Origin: Bacillota bacterium | GTDB taxonomy: Bacteria > Bacillota > Dehalobacteriia > UBA4068 | Direction: 5' to 3' | NCBI GenBank assembly: GCA_024679955.1 | Contig: JAILCQ010000010.1 | Span: forward strand, 15,277-79,276 | DNA: 64,000 bases | Made by a program: the position numbers and the translations under genes | In this document: one piece after another, positions 1 to 9,813 of the stretch | Numbering within the stretch: the stretch's first letter is position 1 | Layout: every line of letters begins with the position of its first letter | Notes under the pieces: model-generated | Databases searched by the model: none | What the model was told of the DNA's origin: nothing | What the model saw: only the letters and a program-made list of their open reading frames with translations

Positions 1-741
1 CCCGGCATTCTCTTCGGCGTGGCCCTGATGATACTCTCTTATTTCACCGCCAAAAAGAATCATTGGGTCGGTACGGGCGAAAAACCGTCTTTGCGCAAAG
101 TCGGCAAATCGTTTGTTGAGGCCTTTTGGTCCCTGTTGGCCCCTGTCATCATTCTGGGCGGTATTTACAGCGGTATATTTACGCCTACGGAAGCCGCTGT
201 GGTCGCCGTGGTCTATTGCTTCATCATCGGCACTTTTGTTTACAAAGAATTGAATTTAAAAACGTTATACAAAACGTTATTCGATACGATGGTCATCAAC
301 GGCCAGTGCATGTTTATGATCGGTTTGTCCATGGCCTTTGCCAATTATCTGAGCTTGGCCCGGGTGCCCGGCAAGATTGCCACTGCTCTGTTGGGCCTTA
401 CCGATAATTATGTGATCCTGATGTTGATCATCAACCTTTTCCTGTTGATCGTCGGCTGCTTATTGGATATCATCCCCGCCATTATCGTGCTTACCCCGGT
501 TTTGTTGCCGGTGGTCACACAGTTGGGTATGGATCCCATCACCTTCGGCGTGGTCATCGTCGCCAACCTGGCCATCGGTTTCGTCACGCCGCCTTACGGC
601 CCCAACCTGTTTGTGGCCGCCGCCGTGGCGCGAATCAAGATGGGCACGATGATCCCATATGTCAAGTGGATGATTTTGGCCATGGTCGCCGCTTTGCTGC
701 TGATCACCTTCTGGAAACCCTTGACCCTGTGCTTCATATAG
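1..741 (+). CDS. dctM: TRAP transporter large permease subunit (DctM family), C-terminal part; 5' end lies outside window
   Basis: Reading frame is open to the window edge. Hydrophobic multi-TM protein with DctM-type C-terminal motifs. Stop at 739-741. Confidence 0.8.
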   Translation, partial: PGILFGVALMILSYFTAKKNHWVGTGEKPSLRKVGKSFVEAFWSLLAPVIILGGIYSGIFTPTEAAVVAVVYCFIIGTFVYKELNLKTLYKTLFDTMVINGQCMFMIGLSMAFANYLSLARVPGKIATALLGLTDNYVILMLIINLFLLIVGCLLDIIPAIIVLTPVLLPVVTQLGMDPITFGVVIVANLAIGFVTPPYGPNLFVAAAVARIKMGTMIPYVKWMILAMVAALLLITFWKPLTLCFI

Positions 742-774
742 GCCGGCGCCTATGGTTCGGCCTATGGAAAAAGC

Positions 775-803
775 TGGACAAAGCATCGTTTTTACGGTAT
801 AAT
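775..803 (+). promoter_or_regulatory. sigma-A-type promoter (TGGACA-17-TATAAT) driving the cobalamin riboswitch leader
   Basis: TGGACA at 775-780, 17-nt spacer, TATAAT at 798-803. Confidence 0.55.
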
Positions 804-904
804 ACTTTCATCTGCCGGCGACTGTTTCGGCCCTCTTATGCCGCCGGCTCCATGCTCCAAACAACTGCATATCACGTTTAAGCCACATAAATTAGATATA
901 GCCT

Positions 905-1080
905 TACTGTATTTGATTTATTTAGAGGAATCGGGTGAAAGTCCCGAACGGTACCGCCGCTGTAAGCGTTTGGCGCTATGTTCGTTGGCGAAAGTCAGTC
1001 ACTGGGAAACTGGGAAGGCAGAACATAGGGCGCAGGCGAAGCCTGAAAACGCAAGTCAGAATACCAGCTTAAATGGTTTC
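905..1080 (+). promoter_or_regulatory. Cobalamin (AdoCbl) riboswitch
   Basis: Contains AGGAATCGGGTGAAAGTCCCGAACGGTACCGCCGCTGTAAGCG, matching the GGGAA / GGUGnAAnUCC / GCCGCUGUAAG core. B12-box-like GTCACTGGGAAACTGGGAAGGC, then AAGTCAGAATACCAGC resembling AGUCAGGAGACCUGCC. Matches the E. coli btuB leader pattern. Confidence 0.85.
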
Positions 1081-1136
1081 CGTCTGTAGAACGACGCATT
1101 GTCGGTACGGATACGCCGATGGGATTTATGCACAGA

Positions 1137-1174
1137 AATAAGGCTGTGGCGCTTGCCACAGCCTTTATTTTTTG
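1137..1174 (+). terminator. Intrinsic terminator / riboswitch expression platform
   Basis: AAGGCTGTGGC-GCTT-GCCACAGCCTT hairpin followed by TATTTTTTG. Confidence 0.75.
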
Positions 1175-1315
1175 CGAAAGCTCCCCTTGTCCCGGCGCTT
1201 GCCGGGAAGCTTTCGCCGCTTTGCCGCCGGCTGCCGGCGGAAACAGGACTTTCCCCTTGGCGAATGATCCCGCCCGGGACTGGGCGCATGATTCTGGAAA
1301 AAGGAAGGACATAGC

Positions 1316-1600
1316 ATGAAGTATAGCTTTACCGATGAGGAATTCAGCAAACAGGAAGCGGATTTCGCCAGAGAGCATCGGGAGGACAGCGACGAACAAT
1401 TGCTGCAGTACGTGCGGCAACGGGCGGAAGAATTGGGAAGGAACCCCAAAAAACATGAAGTAGTGGGTTTCGTATATATCAAAAACCGCATCGGCCCCTG
1501 GCCGGTGGTATTGGAACAAGCCGGTTTGAAAAGCGTCAGCCGCAAAAGACAGGCCAGGGCGGCAATGAAAGAAAAAATCAAAAACGCCGCCAATTCATAA
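1316..1600 (+). CDS. Hypothetical 94-aa protein downstream of cobalamin riboswitch
   Basis: RBS AAGGAAGG 8 nt before ATG 1316. No recognisable family. Only plus-strand gene available to the riboswitch. Confidence 0.6.
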   Translation: MKYSFTDEEFSKQEADFAREHREDSDEQLLQYVRQRAEELGRNPKKHEVVGFVYIKNRIGPWPVVLEQAGLKSVSRKRQARAAMKEKIKNAANS

Positions 1601-1659
1601 GCGACGTTTTTATCGGTAGGCGGCGCGGCTTCGACCCTTTCCGGGGCGGCCCGATCCGC

Positions 1660-2283
1660 CTAGCGGATAAAGTTGGTAAAAATGGGCGTTTCCTGCTGCG
1701 GCAGGGGCACGCCGGCTTTGGCTCCCGCCTCTTTGCAGCGCAGGAACCAGGCCATATTCCTGGCCAATATCCGCATGGTCTGCAGGCCTTCCAGGTCTTT
1801 TCCCACCTGCTCTTTGTTGGAGCCGTGTACCATGTTCCAATAGCGGGAAGAGATCACCGGCATCTGGTTGATGGTAAAATACTTGTTCAATTGATCGAAA
1901 GCGGCGGTGGTTCCCGCCCTTCTGGCCGAGAGTATGCAGGCCGCCGGCTTCAGATAATAAATGCTTTTGTCAGCCGCGAAAAAGGCTCTGTCCATAAACG
2001 CGGTCAAACTGCCGCTGGCGGCGGCGTAATGCACCGGCGAGCCGAATATGAAACCGTCCGCCTCTTTGGCCAGGCGGATAAAACGGTTCACCGCGTCGTC
2101 GATGGCGCATTCCCCTTTGCCGGCGCAGCGTCCGCAAGCGATGCAGCCGGAAATGGGCTGTACGCCCAACTGAAACACTTGGGAGGCAATGCCTTCGGCC
2201 GCCAGCGTTTTATGGATCTCCATCAAGGCAGTATACGTGCAGCCTTCTTTATGCGGGCTGCCGTTTACGAGCATTACATTCAT
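1660..2283 (-). CDS. Flavodoxin-fold NAD(P)H-dependent FMN reductase / iron-sulfur flavoprotein family
   Basis: 207 aa with an N-terminal MNVMLVNGSPHKEG flavodoxin-like start and a Cys cluster CIACGRCAGKGEC. Typical of Isf / NADPH-dependent FMN reductase. Confidence 0.75.
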   Translation of the reverse strand: MNVMLVNGSPHKEGCTYTALMEIHKTLAAEGIASQVFQLGVQPISGCIACGRCAGKGECAIDDAVNRFIRLAKEADGFIFGSPVHYAAASGSLTAFMDRAFFAADKSIYYLKPAACILSARRAGTTAAFDQLNKYFTINQMPVISSRYWNMVHGSNKEQVGKDLEGLQTMRILARNMAWFLRCKEAGAKAGVPLPQQETPIFTNFIR

Positions 2284-2517
2284 TTTCTTTTCTCCTTTTC
2301 CTATTTTTGCGAAGGCGCCGCATTGCGGCGTCTTTTGCGTTTACCGGATACAATATGCCGGCCAGGTGCAAAAGATACGCCTTATGCATCTGTATATCTG
2401 CCGCTTATGGGCAGGGACAAATCGCGCCGTTTGTGCGGAAAAACACCGTGGATAGAAACAGTATAACATTGTCGAAAGATTCTCTCAAGCAAATCTTACG
2501 GTTTTCCGCCCTGCCCC

Positions 2518-2546
2518 TTGTTTAGCGGTTTTTTTGCGGGTATAAT
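2518..2546 (+). promoter_or_regulatory. sigma-A promoter (TTGTTT-17-TATAAT) for fchA-folD
   Basis: TTGTTT 2518-2523, 17-nt spacer, TATAAT 2541-2546. Confidence 0.6.
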
Positions 2547-2600
2547 GAAATGGAGACAGTTTCGCATGTATTTCGTATATACAAGAGGTTGGTGATCAGG

Positions 2601-3227
2601 ATGGATTATACTACCAAGACTTGTCAGGAATTTGCCGCTGCATTGGCCAGCAAAGAGCCGATCCCCGGCGGCGGCGGCGCCTCGGCTTACGTAGGCGCCT
2701 TAGGGATCGCATTGGGCAATATGGTCGGCAATTTGACCTTGGGCAAGCCCAAATATCAGGCGGTGGAGCAGGATATCGCCGAACTGATGCAGCAGGCACA
2801 GGAAACCCAGGCGCAGTTGTTGTCCCTGGTGAACGAAGACGCGACGGCCTTTTTGCCTTTGTCCAAGGCTTACGGCTTGCCCAAGAATACGCCGGAAGAA
2901 AAAGCCCATCGGGCGGCGGTGATGGAAGAAGCCCTGCAAGGGGCTTGCGCCGTTCCTCTGAAAATCATGGAGGCATGCGCCCGGGCCATCCGCATCTTGC
3001 AGGATTTCGCTGTCAAAGGCAGCTCCATCGCCATCAGCGACGTGGGCGTCGGCGTGGCGCTTTGCCAGGCGGCGCTGAAAGGGGCCTCGCTGAACATATT
3101 TATCAACGTGGGTTTGATGAAAGACCGGCAGGCCGCCGAAGAATGGCAAAGCCGGGCCCAGGGGTTGCTGGATGAATACATCCCCCTGGCGGAGCAGATC
3201 TATCAGCAGGTGACGGCAAGATTATAA
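2601..3227 (+). CDS. fchA: Methenyltetrahydrofolate cyclohydrolase / formiminotransferase-cyclodeaminase-like (FchA)
   Basis: 208 aa cyclodeaminase/cyclohydrolase-family sequence (MDYTTKTCQEFAAALASKEPIPGGGGASAY…). ATG at 2601 chosen over upstream ATG 2550. Confidence 0.8.
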   Translation: MDYTTKTCQEFAAALASKEPIPGGGGASAYVGALGIALGNMVGNLTLGKPKYQAVEQDIAELMQQAQETQAQLLSLVNEDATAFLPLSKAYGLPKNTPEEKAHRAAVMEEALQGACAVPLKIMEACARAIRILQDFAVKGSSIAISDVGVGVALCQAALKGASLNIFINVGLMKDRQAAEEWQSRAQGLLDEYIPLAEQIYQQVTARL

Positions 3228-3295
3228 CCGCCGCCGGCGGCCCCTCTATGGCCGTCAATTGCATAGCATAGAGTAAATGAAAAGGGGGAGCAAGT

Positions 3296-4147
3296 ATGGG
3301 GCAGATTTTGCAAGGCAAGCCGGTGGCCCTGGCCTTGAGCCAACAACTGAAGGAAAGGGTGGCGGATATGCGCCGGCAGGGAAAGACCCCGCGTTTGGCC
3401 ATTGTCCGCCTGGGAGAAGCGCCGGATGATATTGCCTATGAAAAAAGCGCGATCAAATGCTGCCGGGATCACGAGGTGGACGTACAGAGCATCGTTTTGC
3501 CTGCCGGCACCGGGGAAGAACAACTGTTGGCGCATTTGCAGGCCGTCAACGACGACAAACAAACAGATGGTTGCCTGTTGCTCAAGCCGTTGCCGCCTGG
3601 CATTCGCGAAAGCAAAGCGGCGGAAGCATTAGCCCCGCAAAAAGACGTGGATGGTATCACCCCCGGTTCTTTGGCCCATTTGTGCGGCCTGGATATCGCC
3701 GGTTTCCCGCCCTGTACCGCCCAGGCCTGCCTGGAAATATTGGATCACTATCAGATAGACGCGGCCGGCAAACGGGCCGTGATCATCGGCCGCAGTCTGG
3801 TGGTAGGCAAACCTTTGGCCATGCTGCTGTTGGCCAGGAACGCCACGGTGACGGTTTGCCACAGCAAAACCAAGGACTTGCCCGCCGTCGTCCGGGAGGC
3901 GGATATCGTGGTCGCCGCCATGGGCCGGGCCCGGTTGTTGGGCGCGGAGTATTTCCGTCCGGGGCAAATCGTTTTGGATGTGGGCATCAATTTTGACGAT
4001 CAGGGCAAAATGTGCGGCGATGTGGACTTTGCCCAGGTAGAGCCGATCGTTGCCGCCATTACGCCGGTGCCGGGAGGCGTGGGCGCGGTCACCAACCGGG
4101 TGCTGCTGAAGCATGTGGTGGACGCCGCCCAGCGTGTTTTGGGTTAA
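3296..4147 (+). CDS. folD: Bifunctional methylenetetrahydrofolate dehydrogenase / methenyl-THF cyclohydrolase FolD
   Basis: 283 aa, classic FolD N-terminus (ILQGKPVA…LAIVRLGE…) and Rossmann C-domain. RBS GGGGGAG. Confidence 0.92.
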   Translation: MGQILQGKPVALALSQQLKERVADMRRQGKTPRLAIVRLGEAPDDIAYEKSAIKCCRDHEVDVQSIVLPAGTGEEQLLAHLQAVNDDKQTDGCLLLKPLPPGIRESKAAEALAPQKDVDGITPGSLAHLCGLDIAGFPPCTAQACLEILDHYQIDAAGKRAVIIGRSLVVGKPLAMLLLARNATVTVCHSKTKDLPAVVREADIVVAAMGRARLLGAEYFRPGQIVLDVGINFDDQGKMCGDVDFAQVEPIVAAITPVPGGVGAVTNRVLLKHVVDAAQRVLG

Positions 4148-4158
4148 GGAGAACGAGT

Positions 4159-4629
4159 ATGGAAGACAAACACTACAGACACGAGGGCATAGGCAATCCC
4201 AGCAGCCGCCAAACGGCGCAAGCCGCCATTATGATGGCCATCAGCGACAACCGGGATGAAGAAAAGCTTTTGAAGCAAAAATACGCCGCCGCCGGTATGC
4301 GGGTGGCCGCCATGGATTTCGGCGGCGAAGCGGTCACCGCCGTATCGAAAATCATCGAACGGGCGGTGGTTGGCGCCAAGCGGGAAGGGGTCATCAGCGA
4401 CTGTCATGCGGATGAAGGCGCCGTAGCCGGCGCCACCCATGAGATACTCAGCCAGGTGATGAGCCGTTCCATCGGCCTGAATTTCGGCGGCAAGATCGGC
4501 GTGGCCCGGCAAGGCGATCATCTTTGCGTGGCGGTATTTTTCGCCATTGGCATGCTGCATTTGGACGATGTGGCCATCGGCATTTCCCACCGGGCTTTAT
4601 CTACCGGCAGCAAGGGACATGCTCTGTAA
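4159..4629 (+). CDS. HutP-family protein (hut operon antiterminator-like), about 156 aa
   Basis: Sequence MEDKHYRHEGIGNPSSRQTAQAAIMMAI…GKIGVARQGDHLCVAVFFAIGMLHLDD resembles HutP. RBS AAGGAGAACGAGT. No hut genes nearby. Confidence 0.6.
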   Translation: MEDKHYRHEGIGNPSSRQTAQAAIMMAISDNRDEEKLLKQKYAAAGMRVAAMDFGGEAVTAVSKIIERAVVGAKREGVISDCHADEGAVAGATHEILSQVMSRSIGLNFGGKIGVARQGDHLCVAVFFAIGMLHLDDVAIGISHRALSTGSKGHAL

Positions 4630-4646
4630 AGTAAGGAGGCAAAAGG

Positions 4647-5315
4647 ATGGTAGCCAAACAAATCGCCATCGACGGCCCGGCCGGCGCGGGAAAAAGCACG
4701 GTGGCCAAAGCTCTGGCGGCCCGTTTGGGCTATTTGTATATCGATACCGGGGCCATGTACCGCTGCATCGCCTGGCTGGCTTTGCAGCAGGGAATTGACT
4801 TGTCGGATGAAGCCGCTTTGACCGCTTTGGCGGAGACGGCCCGTGTGGATTTGGTCAACGGCGCCGGCGGATATCGGGTGTATTGCAATGACCAAGACGT
4901 CAGCGAGGAGATCCGCCGTCCGCAGGTAGGGGCCGCCGCCAGCCCGGTTTCGGCGGTGGATGGCGTACGCCGGGCTTTGGTCCGGCAGCAGCAGGCTTTG
5001 GCGGCGCGGGGCTGCGTGGTGATGGACGGCCGGGATATTGGCACCAAGGTGCTGCCCCACGCCCAATGCAAGATCTTTTTGACCGCTCCCTTGTCCGTGC
5101 GGGCAGCCCGGCGGGCGTCGGAATTGCGGGACAAGGGGTTGGATGTGGATATATCACAGATCGAAGCGGAGATCGCCGAAAGGGACCGGCGGGATTCCAC
5201 CCGGGCCAATTCCCCCCTGATCCAGGCGGCGGACGCCATATATGTGGATACCGGGGATATGACCGTAGAGCAGGTGATCGATCATCTGCTGCAGTTGGCA
5301 AAACAAGGGGAGTAA
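4647..5315 (+). CDS. cmk: Cytidylate kinase
   Basis: IAIDGPAGAGKST P-loop, YLYIDTGAMYR motif. Conserved position upstream of plsC-rpsA. Confidence 0.93.
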   Translation: MVAKQIAIDGPAGAGKSTVAKALAARLGYLYIDTGAMYRCIAWLALQQGIDLSDEAALTALAETARVDLVNGAGGYRVYCNDQDVSEEIRRPQVGAAASPVSAVDGVRRALVRQQQALAARGCVVMDGRDIGTKVLPHAQCKIFLTAPLSVRAARRASELRDKGLDVDISQIEAEIAERDRRDSTRANSPLIQAADAIYVDTGDMTVEQVIDHLLQLAKQGE

Positions 5316-5333
5316 AGGGGAGCGTAGAAAAAC

Positions 5334-5960
5334 ATGATGCTATATCGCTTCGGCAAATGGTTATGCGGCATATGCCTGAAGATATCCGGACTGCAGATCA
5401 TCGGCAAAGAAAACGTGCCGGCGGATCAACCGGTTTTGGTGATCGCCAATCATTTGTCTTTTGCCGATCCGCCCATTTTGGCCCAGGCTTTCCCCTATCA
5501 TTTGACCTTTATCGCCAAGGAGGATTTTGCCAAACACGCTTTCACCCGCATTTTGTTCGGCGCGCTGGGCGCGGTTTTCCTGAAACGGGGGGAATCGGAT
5601 CTGTCCGCCATGCGCAGGGTGCTGGCGCTGTTGAAAGAAAAGCATTCCGCGGCGATTTTTCCGGAAGGCCGGCGCACCTTTGAGCAGGGCTTGGCGGAAT
5701 TCCAGCCCGGCGCCGCTTTCCTGGCGGCCCGGAGCAATACGCCGGTGGTGCCGGTAGCTTTGGTCAACAGCGGACATTTTTTCAAGTTTTGGAAACGGGA
5801 TATCCTGATGCATGTGGGAGAAGTCATCGATCCGCAGCAATTGGATTTGCCTATGCATGAAAAGATCCCGGCTTTGAATCAAATGTTTCAGGAAAGCGTA
5901 GCCGCCTTGAAACAGCAAAGTGAAGATATATTGACGGAACGGAAAAGATTGCCCCGATGA
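5334..5960 (+). CDS. plsC: 1-acyl-sn-glycerol-3-phosphate acyltransferase
   Basis: NHLSFADP (HX4D) and FPEGRRT acyltransferase motifs. Confidence 0.88.
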   Translation: MMLYRFGKWLCGICLKISGLQIIGKENVPADQPVLVIANHLSFADPPILAQAFPYHLTFIAKEDFAKHAFTRILFGALGAVFLKRGESDLSAMRRVLALLKEKHSAAIFPEGRRTFEQGLAEFQPGAAFLAARSNTPVVPVALVNSGHFFKFWKRDILMHVGEVIDPQQLDLPMHEKIPALNQMFQESVAALKQQSEDILTERKRLPR

Positions 5961-6072
5961 CCCGATAGGATTATTATTTTTTGAACCCCGGCAGGAAAAC
6001 AGATTCTGACGGCGAAAATAATATAATTACGGTTTGTATGAACTTTTGCAAGAAAGAGACAGGGAGAACGAA

Positions 6073-8315
6073 GTGGAAATCATCGTAGACCGGCACGCCG
6101 GCTTTTGCACCGGCGTCAGGCGAGCGATCGCGTTGGCGGAAGACGCGGCACATAAATATGGTTCATGCTGCACCTGGGGTCAATTGATTCACAACCCACA
6201 GGAAATCGCCAGGCTGAAAAAAAAAACGTGCTTCCGGTTGAGAACGTTGGGGAAATCCAGTCTCCGTGTTTGGTAATACGAGCCCATGGCGCGGGTCCGG
6301 AGATTTATCATTGGGCGCAAGCGCAGGATTTGACTTTGGTAGACGCCACCTGCCCTTTTGTAAAAAAGGTGCAAAAGACGGCCGTGGAGGCGCAGAATGA
6401 CGGCCGGCAGGTTTATATCGTCGGCGACCCCCATCATCCCGAGGTCCTGGGCATTTGCCAATGGGCCGAAGGGGCCGCGGTCGTTGCGGACGTGCAGGCG
6501 GCCCGGGAAATAGAGGGCGCGCCCCGGGGTTTCGTCCTTTGCCAAACCACTCAAACGGAAGAAAACTTTTCTCTGGTGGCGGCGGTATTGACCGCCAAAT
6601 GCCACGACTGTATCATAAATCGAACGATTTGCCCCAGCACCGTTACCAAACAGCGGGCTGCGGCGGAACTGGCGAGAACCGTGGACGTGATGATTGTTAT
6701 CGGCGGAAAAAACAGTTCCAATACCCAAAAATTGGCAAAAATATGCAAAGCTGCCGGCGCGGAAACCTACTGCATCCAGCGTTGGGCGGATTTGGATATA
6801 AATAAAGTTCGAGGCGCCGGCCGGGTGGGCGTTACCGCCGGGGCTTCAACGCCAGATTGGATTATTGAGGAGGTAGTAGTACAGATGACCGAATTGGAAA
6901 AGACCCAGGATTGCGCAGTGAACGAGGAAAATTTAGAAAAGGAAATTTGCGAGCATGCGGATGCTCTTGAGCAAACGGCGGCTTCCCAGGAAGAGGCCGT
7001 GAATCAGCAGCCGGAAGCGGCTGCCGAAATAGATGCCGCGGAAAACGCGGCCGACGCCGAAGCTTCTCAGGAAGAGGAAGAAAAGAGCCTGGCCGACGCC
7101 TTTGCCGAAGAATACGGCGATATGAAAGAAATCCGCCGCGGCGCCAGAGTCAAAGGCGTGGTGGTACAGGTAAAAGACGACGAATTGCTGGTGGACATCG
7201 GCGGCAAAAGCGAAGGCGTTTTGTCGGCCTCCGAACTGAGCCCGGAAGACGCCAAGAATATCCGGGAAAGATTCCATGTAGGCGACGAGATGGACGTTTT
7301 GATCCTGCGCCGGGAAAATCAGGAAGGTTACCCCATCCTTTCCAAGAAAAGAGTGGATCAGGATATCGCCTGGGATAAATTGGCGCAAATGAAAGCGGAT
7401 AAGGAAATCGTCAGCGGCGTCGTTACCGAAGTGGTAAAAGGCGGTTTGCTGGTGGACGTGGGCCTGCGCGGTTTTGTTCCCGCTTCCCTGGTCAGCTTGG
7501 GCTATGTGGAGGATCTTTCTACCTATGTAGGCAAAGAGCTGCAAATGAAAATCATCGACTGCGATAAGCATAGCAATAAACTGGTGCTTTCCGCCAAAGC
7601 CGTGCTGCGTAAACTGTCCCAGAATATGAAAGAAAAAACCTGGGCGGAGATCGCCGAAGGGCAAACCCGTCACGGCGTGGTGCGCCGTTTGACCAATTTC
7701 GGCGCTTTTGTGGACATCGGCGGCGTAGACGGCTTGCTGCATGTTTCGGAAATGGCCTGGTACCGGGTAAATCATCCTTCGGATCTGCTGAAAGAAGGGG
7801 ATGAGATCGACGTCTATATCCTGGGCGTGGATGCGGAAAATGAAAAAATTTCTTTGGGCCTGAAACAGCTTACGCCCAATCCCTGGACCACCGCAGCGGA
7901 AAAATATCCGGAAGGCAGCGTGATCACCGCGAAAGTGATGCGCACCGCCACCTTTGGCGCCTTCCTGGAAGTGGAACCCGGTGTGGAAGGCTTGGTTCAT
8001 ATTTCTCAAATGGCCCATCATCGGGTAGAAAAAACCGAAGATGTGGTAAAACCCGGCGATATCGTGCAGGTGAAGGTTTTGTCCGTGGATCCCGAAGCCA
8101 AACGGATGAGCCTCTCCATCAAAGCCACCTTGCCGAAAGAAACCGAAGAAGCTGCGCCGGTGGAAGAAGCTGCGCCGGTGGAAGAAGCCGCCCTGGTTGA
8201 GGAAGCTGCGCCGGTAGAAGAAGCTGCCCCGGTTGAGGAAGCCGCGCCAGTAGAAGAAGCCGCCCCGGCGGAAGAAGCCGCCCCGGTAGAAGAAGCTGCG
8301 CCCGATGCCGAATAA
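6073..8315 (+). CDS. ispH: Bifunctional 4-hydroxy-3-methylbut-2-enyl diphosphate reductase / 30S ribosomal protein S1 (IspH-RpsA fusion); reading frame broken by a frameshift in an A10 tract at 6222-6231
   Basis: GTG 6073 with RBS AGGGAG. N-terminal IspH (HAGFCTGVRRAI…) runs in frame 1 to 6276. Continuation (NVLPVENVGEI…ATCPFV…) plus four S1 domains is in frame 3 from 6165. One extra A, or two fewer A's, in aaaaaaaaaa restores a single ORF. Confidence 0.85.
8143..8310 (+). repeat. 9 x 18-bp tandem repeat encoding (EEAAPV)n acidic C-terminal tail of S1
   Basis: gaagaagctgcgccggtg and close variants repeated head-to-tail nine times before the stop at 8313-8315. Confidence 0.9.
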
Positions 8316-8351
8316 GCTGAATAAGACGCCGTTATGCGCCTGATCGCGAAA

Positions 8352-8393
8352 AAGGGAATGTCTGTAGACAGGCATTCCCTTTGTTTTCTTTTT
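8352..8393 (+). terminator. Intrinsic terminator after ispH-rpsA
   Basis: AAGGGAATGTCTG-TAGA-CAGGCATTCCCTT then TGTTTTCTTTTT. Confidence 0.8.
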
Positions 8394-8433
8394 GCCGCAA
8401 GACAACGGTAAACCAAAAGGGGGAAGTAAGCCT

Positions 8434-9813
8434 ATGAAATTATGGGGTGGCCGCTTTGCCGGCACAACCGACAAATTTGCCGAAGACTTTCAGTCTTCTA
8501 TCGGTTTTGATCAACGTTTATATCGGGAAGATATTCAAGGCTCTATCGCCCATGCTACGATGTTGGGAAGCCAAGGGATCATCAGCCAGGAGGAAGCCCG
8601 ACGCATATGCCAGGCTTTGCAGGAGATCGAAAAGGAGATACAAGAGGGGAAAGTGGTTTTCAACGTGGCGGCGGAAGATATTCATATGAATATCGAACAG
8701 TTGCTGACGGAAAAATTGGGCGAACTGGGCAAAAAACTGCACACCGCCCGCAGCCGCAACGATCAAATCGCCGTGGATATGCGCCTGTGGATGCGGGGGC
8801 ATATGGCCGAAGTCCGGGAAAAATTGCTGGATTTGGAAAAGGTTTTGCTGCGCAAGGCAGAGGAGCATGTGGATACGGTAATGCCCGGCTATACCCATTT
8901 GCAAATTGCCCAACCCATCACCTTTGCCCATCATTTGCTGGCCTATGTGCAGATGTTCCACAGAGACCGGCAGCGTTTGGCGGATTGTAGCCGCCGCATG
9001 AATCAGTCTCCCCTGGGCAGCGGCGCTTTGGCCGGCACCACCTTTCCCATCGACCGGCGGCAAACCGCGGCGGCTTTGGGCTTTGACGCGCCTACCGCCA
9101 ATTCCCTGGACGGCGTATCCGACCGGGATTTCCTTTTGGAATACATGGCGGCGGCCTCCATCCTGATGATGCATTTGTCCCGTTTCTGCGAGGAAATCAT
9201 TCTCTGGAGCAGCCACGAATATGCTTTCGTTACTTTGGACGACGCTTTTTCCACCGGTTCTTCCATTATGCCGCAAAAAAAGAATCCGGATATGGCGGAA
9301 TTGATCCGCGGCAAAACCGGCCGGGTGTACGGGAATCTGATGGGCCTGCTGACGGTGATGAAAGGCCTGCCGCTGGCCTACAACAAAGATATGCAGGAAG
9401 ACAAAGAGGCGGTTTTCGAGGCGGCGGATACGGTGCTGGCTTGCCTGACCGTGTTCATCCCCATGCTGGATACCATGCGGATCAATAAGCAGAATATGCG
9501 GAACGCCGCCGGCGGCGGTTTTATCAACGCCACCGACATGGCCGATTATCTGGTCAAGCGGGGATTGCCTTTCCGGGACGCCCATGGGGTGACCGGACGG
9601 CTGGTTTTATATTGCGAGGCCCAGAAGAAAGAATTGGGTCAGTTGACCCTGGAGGAATTGCGCCGGGAATGCGACCTGTTTGACGAGGATCTCTATCAGG
9701 CCATATCCCTGCAGCAATGCGTGGCCGCCCGGGAAAGCGAAGGCGGACCCGCGCCCCGGGCCGTTTTGGCGGCGATACGCCGGGCCAAAGAAGAATTGGA
9801 GCTAAGCGAATAA
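8434..9813 (+). CDS. argH: Argininosuccinate lyase
   Basis: [19 protein letters not shown]… N-terminus and fumarate-lyase signature region. RBS AAAGGGGGAAG. Confidence 0.93.
   Translation: MKLWGGRFAGTTDKFAEDFQSSIGFDQRLYREDIQGSIAHATMLGSQGIISQEEARRICQALQEIEKEIQEGKVVFNVAAEDIHMNIEQLLTEKLGELGKKLHTARSRNDQIAVDMRLWMRGHMAEVREKLLDLEKVLLRKAEEHVDTVMPGYTHLQIAQPITFAHHLLAYVQMFHRDRQRLADCSRRMNQSPLGSGALAGTTFPIDRRQTAAALGFDAPTANSLDGVSDRDFLLEYMAAASILMMHLSRFCEEIILWSSHEYAFVTLDDAFSTGSSIMPQKKNPDMAELIRGKTGRVYGNLMGLLTVMKGLPLAYNKDMQEDKEAVFEAADTVLACLTVFIPMLDTMRINKQNMRNAAGGGFINATDMADYLVKRGLPFRDAHGVTGRLVLYCEAQKKELGQLTLEELRRECDLFDEDLYQAISLQQCVAARESEGGPAPRAVLAAIRRAKEELELSE

Noticed and set aside
6933-8474. 513-aa minus-strand ORF, plus many other long ORFs antisense to real genes (e.g. 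10765-11778, 16847-18340, 19166-20089, 22010-23257, 29092-29937, 45097-47205, 60111-61286)
   Set aside because: High GC content produces long spurious open frames. Each lies opposite a gene with clear family similarity on the other strand. They lack an RBS and have repetitive G/R/A-rich low-complexity translations.
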